A stretch of DNA of 64,000 bases from Eledone cirrhosa (taxonomy: Eukaryota): the NCBI GenBank assembly GCA_964016885.1, contig OZ024743.1, forward strand, positions 127,906,001 to 127,970,000, written 5' to 3'. The notes under the pieces were generated by a model. That model worked only from the letters and a program-made list of their open reading frames with translations, was not told where the DNA came from and did not search any database. Below, one piece after another: positions 1 to 13,364 of the stretch; the stretch's first letter is position 1, and each line of letters opens with the position of its first letter. Made by a program: the position numbers and the translations under genes.

Positions 1-337
1 TCAGTCTATTTATGATAGCCAGGTGCCTGATATTCTTTGTGGAGTCTGGTATATGAAATATAGGATGTGAAATATAGGGACAATGACAGGGAGATTTGGA
101 GAGGTGGTGGAGGTACTGACTAGAAGAAGAGTGGACACATGTTGTATGCAGGAAACTAAATGTAAGGGAAATGGTGTTATAATTGTGAGAGGAAGACAAG
201 GATAGAAGTAAAAGTTTGTGTGGAGTGTGTGCATAGTATTGGTGTCTTGATATCTGTAGTTTGTAGAAAGTGTGGTGAGTGAATGGTTGATGATGGGGAA
301 ACTGGTGATGGGAAAGCTCTTGGTGAATATTATTTCA

Positions 338-525
338 ACTGCGGTGGATTGGCAGTCTCAGTAGAGGGTTGGACGCCATGCTTTGCAGCATGGAGATACG
401 GCCCTTTACGGTCTGAGTTCAAATCCCGCCGAGGTTAACTTTGCCTTTCATCCTTATGGGGTCGATAAAATAAAGTACCAGTAATGCACTGGGTATTTGC
501 TGGCCTTGTACCAAAAGTAGAAACA
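338..525 (+). mobile_element. tRNA-derived SINE family A (Meta/MESC-like core), inserted in the RTE with a 9-bp TSD
   Basis: B-box GAGTTCAAATCC; core GCCTTTCATCCTTATGGGGTCGATAAAATAAAGTACC; ATTATTTCA at 329-337 and 526-534. Confidence 0.85.
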
Positions 526-1340
526 ATTATTTCAGTATATCCCCCACAGGTAGATCAGAGTTTTAATGTGCAATATAGAATGTGTTTAAAAAAACATGAA
601 AGATTAGAAAGTTATCATGATAAGAGGGGATTTGAATGATTTTGAGTGGGCTACAGATATGGTGTAAGGAATGAAATAAGTGAAAGGATTTTGAAATTTG
701 CTGATGGAGCTAGGATGTCAATCTGTAACATTCAATTTCAAAAAGAAGACAACAAACACATTTCATACACATCAGGTGGGTCATCACTAACTGTCCACTA
801 GCTGATTGTACATGGGCAAGATAGATGGACCCTTTATGATACAAAGGTGATCCCAGAAGAAGTAATTATTACACAGCACAATCTAGTTGTCTATGATCTG
901 AGGATGAAAGGTGTGAGGAGAACCTTGTGGAGGAAATATCAACAAAGGCTGGAGGTGTAAAGTTTAAAAGAAACAAAATTGATCGAAGTTCTAAGGGAGA
1001 CACTGAATATGCTAGAAGATGGTACAAATGAACTTGAGAGCACATGGAAGTTTTTGAAAGATGGTCTGTTAGGAACTGTGGGTGACAGTTATAGAAACAA
1101 GTGGACCACCAAGACATTTGAAAATACCATGGTGGAATGATAAGAAAAGGGAAATATTAAGAGAATGTCAAGGAGTGAGGGATATGGTATCAGAAGAGGC
1201 AGTTTATCAGGGCTACAAGGCAGCCAAGGGTGCTGCTAAGAAAGAAGTGTAAATTGCACAAGAGGCATATAGAATAATCGTCTGAGGATGAATGGATTCA
1301 GAGTAGGGTCAGAGAGAAGTATTTAGGATAGTAAAGCAGT

Positions 1341-1434
<94 letters not shown>

Positions 1435-1929
1435 TGATATGACAGGAGTGAACTGCTAGAATAGTAATGAAATGGTAGAAATTGTAGACTTGGATGAAAT
1501 TAAGGAAAAGTGGAAGAGATGTATGGAGAGGTTGTTGACTCTGGAGAATAAATGGGATAGCAACATAGAAAGCAATGAGGACCAGCAGAGTAGGTAGCTG
1601 AAGCAAAGTTGAGGAAGCATTGAGAAAAATGAAGTGTGGAAGGACAGGAAGGCTGACAGGAGTTGTGGGAGATATGTTAAAGGTAGCGGGAAGTTTAGGT
1701 GTGAAGAAGATGAGACTGAAGTGTAAGAAGTGCCATGATTTATAAGAGTAAGATACAGGGAGCAACAGAAAAGGCTGGAAAGAATGGAAATGTGTATGAT
1801 CTGGTAGATGAGTGAAATATTGCGAAAAGAGAGGAAGACAAACAATGAATTGCTGAGGATGAAGGGAATAGAAACTAATGAATGTTATGAAGAGGAATAG
1901 AATGAGATGGTTGGGTCGTTTATTAAGGA

Positions 1930-2226
1930 ATAATTGTTTCTACGTTAGGCACAAGGCCAGCAATTACCCAGTGCATTACTGGTACTTTATTTTATCGACC
2001 CTGAAAGGATGAAAGGCAAAGTTAACCTCGGAAAAATAATTGTTTCTACTTTAGGCACAAGACCAGCAATTACCCAGTGCATTACTGGTACTTTATTTTA
2101 TAGACCCCGTAAGGATGAAAGGCAAAGTTAACCTTGGCGGGATTTGAACTCAGAATGGCAAGCGCCGTAACTCTATACGTCAAAGCATGGCATCCGACCC
2201 TCTACCAATACTGCCAATCCACCGCT
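1930..2226 (-). mobile_element. SINE family A, one partial plus one full copy in tandem
   Basis: Reverse-complement match to 338-525. Confidence 0.8.
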
Positions 2227-2762
2227 ATAAAGAAAGCGACTGAGTGAGAAGAGTGATGAAAATGAATGTAGAAGGAGGTTGATGAAGGAGAAGACCTAGG
2301 GATTGATGAGGTAGGATGCAGATGATCGCGAAAAGTGCAGAACCTTGTCATGTGACCCACAAGGCTAACATCTGCGTTAGCAGGGAAGATGGCCTTAAAA
2401 CACTTGTTATTGTTGTATACACCTTATAAACAGTAGATACACTTTATGTACACTATACTCATACACTCTATCCATTATATACACTATATATACACTATAT
2501 ACATATACTGTATACACTATATATATACATTATATTCACTACATATAAACACTATATATACAGTATATATATACTACATATATATATACTACATATATAC
2601 TGTATATATATACTACATATGCTACATATTCATTATATGCACTATATATACACTATATATACACTATATACATATACTGTATACACTATATATACACATT
2701 ATATTCACTACATATAAACACTATATATACAGTATATATATACTACATATATATCTATCTAT

Positions 2763-3250
2763 CTAAGGCGGGTAAAATTCCCGAGATCCATGGACGAGTT
2801 CTCTCCAGCGGTCTCTGTCCCTCATTATCGCTGCCATATCCTGCATCTCCAACAGACCAGTGTCTGTCCTTAGGGCATCAACATATGTTAACCTTGGTCT
2901 TCCTCTTCTAGTGTGTCCATGTAGGGGCTCCCAAAGGAGCACTGAGTGCAATGTCAACTCTGGATGTCAGTGAGCATGTCCAGCCAACCTCAGTCTCCTC
3001 TGTGTCACTTTTGAGCTGACTTTTGGGATGCTCCCATACAGCTCTGAGTTTTTCATCCTCAGTGTCACAGCTTGAGATCGGTGTGAAAGTCGGACCTTTG
3101 TAGAGACCTGAAGATCCGCCTCTTCATTGCTGTAGTGGAGTCTGTGCTGCTGTATGGGTCTGAGACTTGGACACTGACCAAGAGACTCACTCAGATGGTG
3201 GATGGGTGCTACACGAGAATGCTGAGGATGGCTCTGAACATTAATCAACA
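2763..3250 (-). mobile_element. Short RTE LINE 3' fragment with inverted 5' segment
   Basis: Minus strand reads RRLRLAGHAH...RRGRPRLTYVD; plus strand ~3065-3250 reads ESVLLYGSETWTLTK...RMLRMALNINQH. Confidence 0.8.
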
Positions 3251-3480
3251 TACATATATATATACTACATATATACTGTATATATATACTACATATGCTA
3301 CATATTCATTATATGCACTATATATACACTATATATATAGGTACTATATACAATATTACAATTTATATATGTTCAAACCCATGCTAGTGTTAAACGATGA
3401 TGATGTATATAGTGTATATATATATTGTATATATATATACACTATATACAATATATATACTGTATATACACTATATACAT

Positions 3481-3670
3481 AATTATTTCTACTTTTTGGC
3501 ACAAGGCCAGCAATTATCCCAGTACATTACTGGTACTTTATTTTATCGACCCCGTAAGGATGAAAGGCAAAGTTAACCTCGGCGGGATTTGAACTCAGTC
3601 CGTAAAGGGACGTAACTGTGCTACAAAGCATGGCATCCGACCCTCTACCGATACTGCCAATCCACCGCCA
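3481..3670 (-). mobile_element. SINE family A
   Basis: Reverse-complement match to 338-525. Confidence 0.85.
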
Positions 3671-3814
3671 CTATATACATAATATATACACTATATACAA
3701 TATATATGCACTACATACACAATATATACATCATCTTCAATATATTACACTATATGTCCTATATATGCAGTATATACATTATATACAATATATATACACT
3801 ATATATACATTATT

Positions 3815-4140
3815 TAGTAGTTAGAGCATTGGGCTTACAGTTGTGAGGCTGTAAGTTTGATTCTCAGAGTGGTGTGTTGTGTCATTGAGGAAGACACTAT
3901 ATTTTTCATTGCTCCTGTTCACTCAGCTGTAGAAATTAGTTGTGACGACACTGTTACCAAGCTGTTACAGTCTTTGCCATTCCCTTGGTCAACATCGGTG
4001 GCATGGAGAGAGGAAACTGGTAAGCATGGTCAACTGTTAGTCTCCCACAAACAGCCTTGTCTGGGTTTATGCTTTGGAGGGAAATGTTCTATGTGCAAAT
4101 CCCATGGTCATTCATGACCAAAGGGGTCTTTACCCATTAT
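3815..4140 (+). mobile_element. Older tRNA-derived CORE-like SINE
   Basis: Decayed A/B boxes and TGTGTCATTGAGGAAGACACT core similar to SINE family B. Confidence 0.55.
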
Positions 4141-4926
4141 TTAATACACAATATATACACTACATACACTACATATATGCTATATACACTATATATACAC
4201 TCTATATACACTATATACATACTATCATATATATATATGAACTATATACACAACATATATGCTATATACACTATATATACATACTATATATACACTATAT
4301 ATACACTATAAATACCTTATATACTATATATACATACTATATATACACTATATATACACTATAAATATCTTATATATTTACTATATACACTACACAATAT
4401 ACCTGCACTATATATGATGTTGTCCAAAGGAAAGGTTAAAACCAATACAGTTTGGCACCAGTGTTGTTGCAGGTGAACTCAGAAAACAACAGACTGAAAG
4501 TGATACCACAGGGTATCATATCTGACTCTTTAACAATTCCATCAGTCTACCAGTCACTCAAGTGGTATTTTATTGATTCAGAAAGGATGAAAGTTGAAGT
4601 TAACCTTGGTGAAATTTGAATTCAGAGAGAAGTGACCTGGAACAAATACCTGTGAAGCTGCTCAAACAACTTTGCCAATCTACTGCCATTAATAACAATA
4701 ACAACACAAATAAAACAAAATAGAAGCAATCTTTATTGTAATACCTCAGTTTCTGTGTGTGTTTGGGCATGTGTTTATGCACATATTTGTGTATATGCAC
4801 ATATATGTGTGTGTATGTATGTGTTTAATAGTAGGTTGGTTGGGTGATATATATATATATATGCATATGTATATGTATATATATATAATATATATATGTA
4901 TATATGTGTGTGTGTATATATATAAA

Positions 4927-5005
<79 letters not shown>

Positions 5006-5089
5006 ATGTATATACAAGCAGGGAATGTATATATGTATATGCAAGCAGGGAAAAGCGGACGTAAAATGATGATGATGATGATGATGATG

Positions 5090-5131
<42 letters not shown>

Positions 5132-6296
5132 GGGGTATGGTTAGGTAGATAGATGGATAAGTATGTAGGTGGGTTGCCAGTGGGCACATTTCTGGTAGTT
5201 CACAAAGTACTTCCTCTACTTCAGTATGGAACTATGTCTAAAATATTTGTAGATTGTTCCATTAAACTCTACTCTGACATATAATTTGATACAAAGACTA
5301 TGTTAAGATGTTGCTGGATTCCTCTCTCACAATGAACCACAGATAATTTGACAAAACAGGAGGAGGGCTTCACGCTTGACAAAGGAGACCCCAATTAGGT
5401 GCAATGTCTAATGTAGCGGGTATTGCTGGCTGTTTTCTGTGGTAATGCTTTCACAATCTTGTTCACAAAGCACAACTATGATATACTATCCAACCAAGGG
5501 TATAAAGTTTACCATATCTTCATTCCCCACCTTTTTTCTTTCTTTTTTCTTTTCCATTTCACTTTTTAATTTGTGTACGTCATTATGATATTATAAAGAT
5601 ATTTCGCAACTAAATATAATTTTCCTAAGTGTGAAATACGATTGCAAATACAAGCAGCCAAAATGGGGGTCCTCTGAAGGAACTACAAGAGTGGGCCAAA
5701 GGAATGGTAGCTCTCAGTACTTTATTGTAAGGTCTCTGAGACTGGGGAAAATAAAGTAGCCTTGACATATGTTTTCCTCAGACCAGAAGCCTGATCCCTA
5801 TTCTTGCAACAGGGTGAACCCTGGATTAGGTCTAACACCTTGGTGCCATTAAAAAATGTACCTAGTCCACACTGTAAAATGGCAGTACTGGTGCCATGAT
5901 AAATCCAAGCCAGTACACCCTCTAATCTTGTTGGTGTTAGGAAGGACATAGAAACCATTCCAAATATGGAATGTATGAAGGAGATCAGGTCTCTCTTACC
6001 TGTCTAACCTCAGACTTTGACAACCCTTTCAACCCATGCCAGCATGGAAGGCAGACATAAAATGATTATGATGATGATGACACCTCTGTACCTGAACACC
6101 GGGGCATAATGAAGTGAGTGCTGATGAACTGTAACAACAGTGAAATACATGTATCATCACTCTTACTCTGAAGCTGAGGTAGCTGTGACATGATCACAAC
6201 ATGAAATGTTCATAACAAAATTAAATATATGTTTATTATTTATTAACATATTGTTTATGGGTTCATATATGTTTTTGTACCAAACACACACACATA

Positions 6297-6355
<59 letters not shown>

Positions 6356-7035
6356 ATATATAAATTGGGGTCGATTGGCAAATTGTTAGATGCTTTGAAA
6401 CATTCATTTAAGACACTTTATTTCAAGTTCAAATCTCACTAAGATCAACTTCCAGGATTGCTAAAATGAAGTAGCAGCCTTCCAGAAAAGAAGTATAAAT
6501 CAAAAATATTTTATACATTTATAGCTAAGATTCTTAGTGGAAAATATATTCTACAATATGTTCATATGAATATCTAGACACTAATGAGTAAAGAAAATAG
6601 AAACCCACTAACGTGAATTATACTTGTATATGTATATATATATGTGTGTGTGAGTGTGTATATATATATATATATATATATTTTTTTTATTTTAATTTGG
6701 CAAAGTCGGCCATTTATCGCTCGTATACAGGAAACTGACTGATCAGCCAGTCTGCTAATATGCCAATCAGGCCAATCAGTCACTGTGTATTTTTGAAAAT
6801 AGCATATATTTTCACTAGCTCTGACAGTTTGGCAGGTGAACAGTGAGCTGTACTGATGATGGGTGATACACAGAAACATTAGTGTCTGCAGTTCTGTTCG
6901 CATGCCAACACATGAGCAAGAATGAAGTATTCATTCTACTGATATGGCTATAAAATGGAGGCTTGTTTGCAAAATTGCAAACAAATTGAATGTTATTAAT
7001 ATTCGAAAAAACTCAGATAACATTTATTATATATT

Positions 7036-7086
<51 letters not shown>

Positions 7087-7603
7087 ATATTTGGGGAGGG
7101 TCATATTTGCGTAATATTGCCAGAATTAATAACAGAACACACTCACTGTTTGGTTGGTTTTCGCTTCTCGCTGTCTTTTATATATATATATCTGCGATCT
7201 AACTTACTCGGTCCTCAATGTTGCCATTGACTGACCGGCGGTCAAAAATAATACAGATACAATATAGACAAACACATATATATATAGTTTACATAATTTA
7301 CATAAATCTTTCGTTGCACATCTGCAACATCGTCAGTGGTGTTATATTCATTGTTCCTCCTGTTGTGTTGTATGTCTACGCCATTTTTTTTTTTGTTCAG
7401 TCTGTCTATATATTTATTTATTTATTTGCTTGTTTGTTTATCTTATTTTATTTTGTCTTCTTTGCGCATGCGTTTGCGTGTGTGTATAGTGTTATGTGTG
7501 ATGTGTGATTAGTGTGTATAGTGTTGTGTCTGCTGGGTGACTAGTGTGTGTTTATGTGCTTGTGTATGTATTTATTTATCTTATTTTATTTTATTTAATT
7601 TAC

Positions 7604-9055
7604 TTATACTTCTCTTAGGTCAGTGTTGTTTGTTTGGGTGTTGTTGTTGTTCCACTCATTCTTTCTGTTTAGCTTTGGTCTTCTAATTTCTATTTCACTG
7701 GCCTCTCTGATTTGCCTATCTGCTGGGTCATTCCTATGTTTAGATATTATTCTAATTTCTATGTTGTCTATGTTACCGTCATGTTGTTGTCTAGCATGTT
7801 CGTATAGTACTGACCCGTTTTTTCGTCCTTTTAGTCTCCCCCAGTGTTGGTCTATCCTTTCACCTATGCTACGAGCTGTCTCACCTATGTATGTTGTTGT
7901 CGTGTTTCTGCAAGTACCCTCTGTACATCTTATGCTATAGACTACGTTTCTAGTTTTACAGTTTATCCGGGGGTTCACCTTACATATGATACATTTCCTA
8001 TTGGTACAGTGGGTTTTCTTAAAGGGGTAGGTTTTGCTGATCAGGGATTTTATGGTGGTTCCTGGCTTTTCTACCACCTTTATTTTTAAGTGGGTCTTTC
8101 TCAGGGCCTTTCTACACTGGTTAGCTAATTTCCCTCCAGGGGTGGCGTCCACAAACATGACACTCTGATATCTCTGGTTGTCGTACCATGATGTGGCCTT
8201 CCCTATCTTATGTCTAGCCCTATCTAAGCTATTCCATGATTTGCTCCTGTATAGTGGGCAAATTCCTTTCATGTCCAGTTCTATGAGGGTCTTATACTTT
8301 TCCATGGCTCCTTCGTATACTCTGACTCTGTCTCTTTGGTTGTAGCCAGAGAACTGCATGCGGTTGATGAAGTGTTGGATGTGTCCTTCCATTTCTGTTG
8401 GGTCGCACATGCTGGACACATTCTTCATCACTCGTACCAAATCTGCGATCAGAATATTAAACTTAGCACTACTGGACATTGCTGAGTTTTTGAGTATCAG
8501 GTATTTGGAGGCCATGGGTTTAGCATAGTGTGAGTGGAGAATTTGGGCTCTCTCGTCTATAGTGTTAATCCAGAGTTCTGTGTCTAATACAGGTAGTCTA
8601 TTGTTAGGGTGTTTGGAAGGGAAGTCTATAGTTACAGTTATACTCTGGTGTATGGAATTAGGTATCTGCTGGATGCTTTCCATCGTGCTACGTTCTAAAT
8701 CAAACTTGTTAGTGCTCTCTAGTGGGGGTGTTCTTATAACTATATTGATATCGTCTACATAACGAGAGTACATGATGAGGTCTATGGAGCTTTCATTAAG
8801 GAGATCTTTAAGTCTCCTTTCCCACCATACCATGAAAAGGTTGGCAACATCACCAGCTATGCTGACGCCGATGGCTGCTCCCTCATTTTGGGTGTAGATT
8901 TTCTCATTGAACTTAAATATGTGGCCCTTTAGGGTAGTTTTGATACTAGCCCCTATTGCATGTGCGACCATTTTTCTTACCTGATCAGTGTTTTGGGGGG
9001 TCCGTATAGCTTTGGTCCACCCAATCCACCTTCCTATGGGAGTCTTTTTAGCCAT
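7604..9055 (-). CDS. 5'-truncated PLE ORF: RT motifs B'-E, thumb, Cys linker, GIY-YIG endonuclease
   Basis: QNEGAAIG, YSRYVDD, LPVLDTELW, CxxxxCxxC, VVYSIRC...YIGETARSIGER, REASEI..PKLNRK; 483 aa uninterrupted. Confidence 0.9.
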   Translation of the reverse strand: MAKKTPIGRWIGWTKAIRTPQNTDQVRKMVAHAIGASIKTTLKGHIFKFNEKIYTQNEGAAIGVSIAGDVANLFMVWWERRLKDLLNESSIDLIMYSRYVDDINIVIRTPPLESTNKFDLERSTMESIQQIPNSIHQSITVTIDFPSKHPNNRLPVLDTELWINTIDERAQILHSHYAKPMASKYLILKNSAMSSSAKFNILIADLVRVMKNVSSMCDPTEMEGHIQHFINRMQFSGYNQRDRVRVYEGAMEKYKTLIELDMKGICPLYRSKSWNSLDRARHKIGKATSWYDNQRYQSVMFVDATPGGKLANQCRKALRKTHLKIKVVEKPGTTIKSLISKTYPFKKTHCTNRKCIICKVNPRINCKTRNVVYSIRCTEGTCRNTTTTYIGETARSIGERIDQHWGRLKGRKNGSVLYEHARQQHDGNIDNIEIRIISKHRNDPADRQIREASEIEIRRPKLNRKNEWNNNNTQTNNTDLREV

Positions 9056-9099
9056 TTAAGAAAACCCACTGTACCAATAGGAAATGTATCATATGTAAG

Positions 9100-9474
9100 G
9101 TGAACCCCCGGATAAACTGTAAAACTAGAAACGTAGTCTATAGCATAAGATGTACAGAGGGTACTTGCAGAAACACGACAACAACATACATAGGTGAGAC
9201 AGCTCGTAGCATAGGTGAAAGGATAGACCAACACTGGGGGGAACTAAAAGGACGAAAAAACGGGTCAGTACTATACGAACATGCTAGACAACAACATGAC
9301 GGTAACATAGACAACATAGAAATTAGAATAATATCTAAACATAGGAATGACCCAGCAGATAGGCAAATCAGAGAGGCCAGTGAAATAGAAATTAGAAGAC
9401 CAAAGCTAAACAGAAAGAATGAGTGGAACAACAACAACACCCAAACAAACAACACTGACCTAAGAGAAGTATAA
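9100..9474 (+). pseudogene. Inverted duplicate of the PLE GIY-YIG domain
   Basis: Near-identical to the C-terminus of 7604-9055. Confidence 0.9.
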
Positions 9475-9736
9475 GTAAATAAAATAAAATAAAATAAGAT
9501 AAATAAATACATACACAAGCACATAAACACACACTAGTCACCCAGCAGACACAACACTATACACACTAGTCACACATCACACATAACACTATACACACAC
9601 GCAAACGCATGCGCAAAGAAGACAAAATAAAATAAGATAAACAAACAAGCAAATAAATAAATAAATATATAGACAGACTGAACAAAAAAAAAAATGGCGT
9701 AGACATACAACACAACAGGAGGAACAATGAATATAA

Positions 9737-9777
9737 CACCACTGACGATGTTGCAGATGTGCAACGAAAGATTTATG
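9737..9777 (+). ncRNA. Minimal type I hammerhead-like motif in the PLE 3' region (also 7301-7341 minus and 24966-25006 plus)
   Basis: CTGACGA-T-GTTGCA-gatg-TGCAAC-GAAA-GATT-TA; stem I weak. Confidence 0.65.
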
Positions 9778-10079
9778 TAAATTATGTAAACTATATATAT
9801 ATGTGTTTGTCTATATTGTATCTGTATTATTTTTGACCGCCGGTCAGTCAATGGCAACATTGAGGACCGAGTAAGTTAGATCGCAGATATATATATATAA
9901 AAGACAGCGAGAAGCGAAAACCAACCAAACAGTGAGTGTGTTCTGTTATTAATTCTGGCAATATTACGCAAATATGACCCTCCCCAAATATAACAATATC
10001 TGTTTCGACACACGATTTCATATAAAAAACCTCGCAAAACTAATTCATCGCCACTATATATATATATATATATATATAT

Positions 10080-10700
10080 ATCATCATCATCACTGTTTTA
10101 CGTTCATTCTTCCATGCTAGCATGGGTTAGATGGGTTGTCCTGTTGTGGGCAGTAGCCGGTCGGCTGACCATGTCTTGCTCATACGGGAACTGATTCTGG
10201 CTTGATTTCTACAGCTGGATGCCCTTCCTAATACCAACCTCATTTACAGTGAGTGCTGGGTGCTTTTTTCCCGTGGCGCCTACAACTCCACTTTACAATG
10301 TGGGCCGGGTGCTTTTTTGCCGTGGCACCTCCATGACCACTTTGCAGTAGGAGGGGGTGGGCGCATATTGTCTATATGTTTCAGCTTTGGCTTGTACCCG
10401 TAGGGGGTCGGGTCTTCTGTATTACTGTGTGACGCCAGAGGTCACGGTGGTGTGTCATCACCTTTGAGAGGTGTAATTGGGTAAGGTCGGCTTTTATCAC
10501 CTCATCCCAGGTCTTCTTGGGTCTCCCCACTCCGTGGCTTCCATCGACTTCTAGTGCTCTGCATTTTTATGCAGCTGTCATCCTTCATACGCATCACGTG
10601 TCCAACGCAGCCTCTTCTCCTGCATACAGCATTTGATTCCCCTTATGTTCATTTTCTCTCTCTCAATTTGTTTATGCATGGCTGTTCGCATATATTACTA
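10080..10700 (-). mobile_element. RTE LINE family B 3' end with (ATG)n tail
   Basis: ORF2 C-terminal remnant (RLRWTRDAYE, GRPKKTWDE); 3'UTR shared with 13365-14275, 37030-39720 and 39733-42460. Confidence 0.75.
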
Positions 10701-10749
10701 TTACGTGTGTGTGTATATATATATAAATATATATATATATATAAATATT

Positions 10750-12360
10750 GTTATGCTTTGTGAGGGTCATGTTGCCAATAAAAAACACACGCACCAGCTG
10801 CTTTCACTCTAATTTATTATAAATTAAATTTATAAATTTCCAGTTGGTTGGTTGGTTCCATAACCGGACGGTTGTTTATATATTGTCAAAGTTCTTTCGT
10901 CACAGATTCTGTGACCTCTTCAGTGACTGGGGATTCTTTTCTTTGTTTTGTGCCTCTCCTTTTTTCTGTCCTACGCCATCTTGTTTTTGTGTGTGTTGTG
11001 TGCTTAGTTTGTGCATGTGTTACATCCGGGTGTCTGTGTGTGTTTTTATTTGTTTATTTATTTGTTTATTTACATGTTACTGGTTGGTTGTTTGTTCTAT
11101 GTGTGTGTGTGTTTTCATTTTGTCCTTAATTGTAAGTTGTGATGTTGCTATTCCATTCATGTTTTCTATTTAATTTTGGTTGGAGTTCATTTATGTCTAT
11201 TGTCTCTGTGATTTGTCTAAACATTGCGTCTTTTCTGTGTGTAGATTCTATGTTTAATTCTATGTTGTCTAATTTGCCCTTATGTTTTATTTTAGCATGT
11301 TGGTGGAGTATTGATGATTCTTTTTTATCTTGAAGTTCTCGCCAGTGTTCATTTAACTGTTCTCCTATGCTATGAGCTGTCTCACCTCATCCCAGGTCTT
11401 CTTGGGTCTCCCCACTCCGTGGCTTCCATCGACTTCTAGTGCTCTGCATTTTTATGCAGCTGTCATCCTTCATACGCATCACGTGTTTTATGTTTTATTT
11501 TAGCATGTTGGTGGAGTATTGATGATTCTTTTTTATCTTGAAGTTCTCGCCAGTGTTCATTTAACCGTTCTCCTATGCTATGAGCTGTCTCACCTCATCC
11601 CAGGTCTTCTTGGGTCTCCCCACTCCGTGGCTTCCATCGACTTCTAGTGCTCTGCATTTTTATGCAGCTGTCATCTATATTCTTATCTTTACATTGTTCT
11701 TCAGTACATCTTATGCTATATACTACATTTCTAGTTTTATAGTTAATATGGGGGCTCAGTTTACAGATTATCCATTTCTTATCTATACAGGGAGGTCTTT
11801 GAAAAGGGTATGTATTGCTAATAAATGTTTTTATGGAGGTACCTGGTCTTTCTACTATCTTAATATTAATATTCTACTATCTAAATTTGTAAGCTAATTC
11901 ACCTCTAGGGATTGTATTGATGAACATTACACTCTGGTATTTATTGCTATCATACCATGAGTTTATTCTATTAACCTTATTCCTAGTTCTTTCTATTCTA
12001 TTCCAAAATTTGCTCCTATACAAGGGGCAGGTCCCATTTGTATCATTATTTACCATTTTTTCCCATTTGGTTCTGACTCCTCTATATACTCTGATTTTAT
12101 CTCTCTGATTGTAACCAGAGAATTGCATATGGTGGATGAAGTGTTGTATGTGTCTCTCTAGTTCTTTGGGGTTGCACATGCGGGACATCACCCATACCAA
12201 ATCCGCAATCAGTATGTTGATTTTGGTGTGATCCGAAACAGCTGAGTTTCGGTGGATCAGATATTTGGAAGTCATGGGTTTGGCATAATGGGAATGGAGG
12301 ATTTGTTTTTTGTTATTAATGGTTTCTAACCAGAGCTCTGTGTCTAGTACAGGTAGTCAA
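10750..12360 (-). mobile_element. Decayed PLE related to the 7081-10056 family
   Basis: ORF 11877-12275 is homologous (SKYLIHRNSA..KINILIADLV..MQFSGY..YQSVMF). Confidence 0.85.
10885..10927 (-). ncRNA. Minimal type I hammerhead in PLE 3' region
   Basis: GTCA-CTGAAGA-G-GTCACAG-aat-CTGTGAC-GAAA-GAAC-TT-TGAC; stems I and II pair fully. Confidence 0.8.
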
Positions 12361-13364
12361 TAGTTATAAAAATAACAGGTCCATTCATGTTGACATCTCT
12401 TGCAAAACTGTTGGTGCTGGCGTTTTGTGTATGATTGAAAGGTTTAAGATACATTTAATGTAGATATAACTACCATTTTCTATTATTTTATAATTAGAAG
12501 CCTTCACTGTGATAAGTGTGAAGTTAGAAGTGTAACCACTTTCAACTATTTGTTCATACATAAAAGATTGCACATATGCCTACATTTCAGTGATTTTTGT
12601 ACCCTCATCAGAGGATAACTACTTCTATGATTTTGTGAACACCTGATATGGTCAATCTAATTTGCTTGGTTTGCACACATTTAACGGTGTAATTGAATAA
12701 ATAATTGTTTCTACTTTAGGCACAAGGCCAGCAATTACCCAGTTCATTACTGGTACTTTATTTTATCAACCCCGTAAGGATGAAAGGCAAAGTCAACCTT
12801 GAATAAATAATAAATACTTATATGAGAACACTGTATATATTTGAAGATTTTCCAATAAACTTAAGGTAGATATAACTACCAACTTAAAATTAGAAACATT
12901 TGCTGCAAAAAGAATGAAATGTAAATATACTTTCAACTATTTCCTTGTACAGATTATGTTTTTCTTTGTAATACGCCATAAAAATAATCTCCTATATTTT
13001 ACTATGAAGAGAGATTCTCACATTGGTTTTTCTAGAGCTTTGATAAAGATAGTAAACACCTAGCTTGTCTAAACCAAAAGTGGTACACATCTTGACAGTT
13101 TGGATGAAAAGAGACTAGTTGATACATAATAAGATATAAATCTTATCATATCTTTACTGATATATTTCATTATATTTCAGTGTATTTCACTATATACCAC
13201 TGTATTTTACTGTGTACATCCTGTTACATTTGAAAATATTATCATGCATATATAGTGGATGTATGTTAAGAGTTGTTAACATGTTGGCAACAAGAAAAAT
13301 AAGTTGTTATCACTATTGACTTTACAACTCACAAAACAAAAATAGCTCGTCTAAAACCAATGAA

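Larger units (their letters stand above)
60..2415 (+). mobile_element. Heavily decayed RTE-type LINE remnant (APE endonuclease to 3' end), interrupted by SINEs and (GA)n
   Basis: Manual translation gives EVVEVLTRRRVDTCCMQETK, NIISVYPPQV, WWND and NRMRWLGRLL, typical of RTE ORF2; many stops and deletions. Confidence 0.7.
2440..4412. repeat. Degenerate TATATACAC(TA)-type low-complexity tract hosting several insertions
   Basis: Repeated tatatacacta variants. Confidence 0.8.
7081..10056. mobile_element. Penelope-like element (probably Nematis-type) in inverted arrangement: minus copy 7081-9055, plus copy 9056-10056
   Basis: ~940-bp near-identical inverted arms (7081-8022 vs 9056-9997); both outer ends abut (TA)n. 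Confidence 0.92.

Noticed and set aside
4746-5189. YI/CV/HT-repeat ORFs here and throughout the window
   Set aside because: Translations of (TA)n, (CA)n and (GA)n microsatellites.
12570-12618. Minus-strand CTGATGA...GAAATGTA
   Set aside because: No NUH triplet and no convincing stem I or II.
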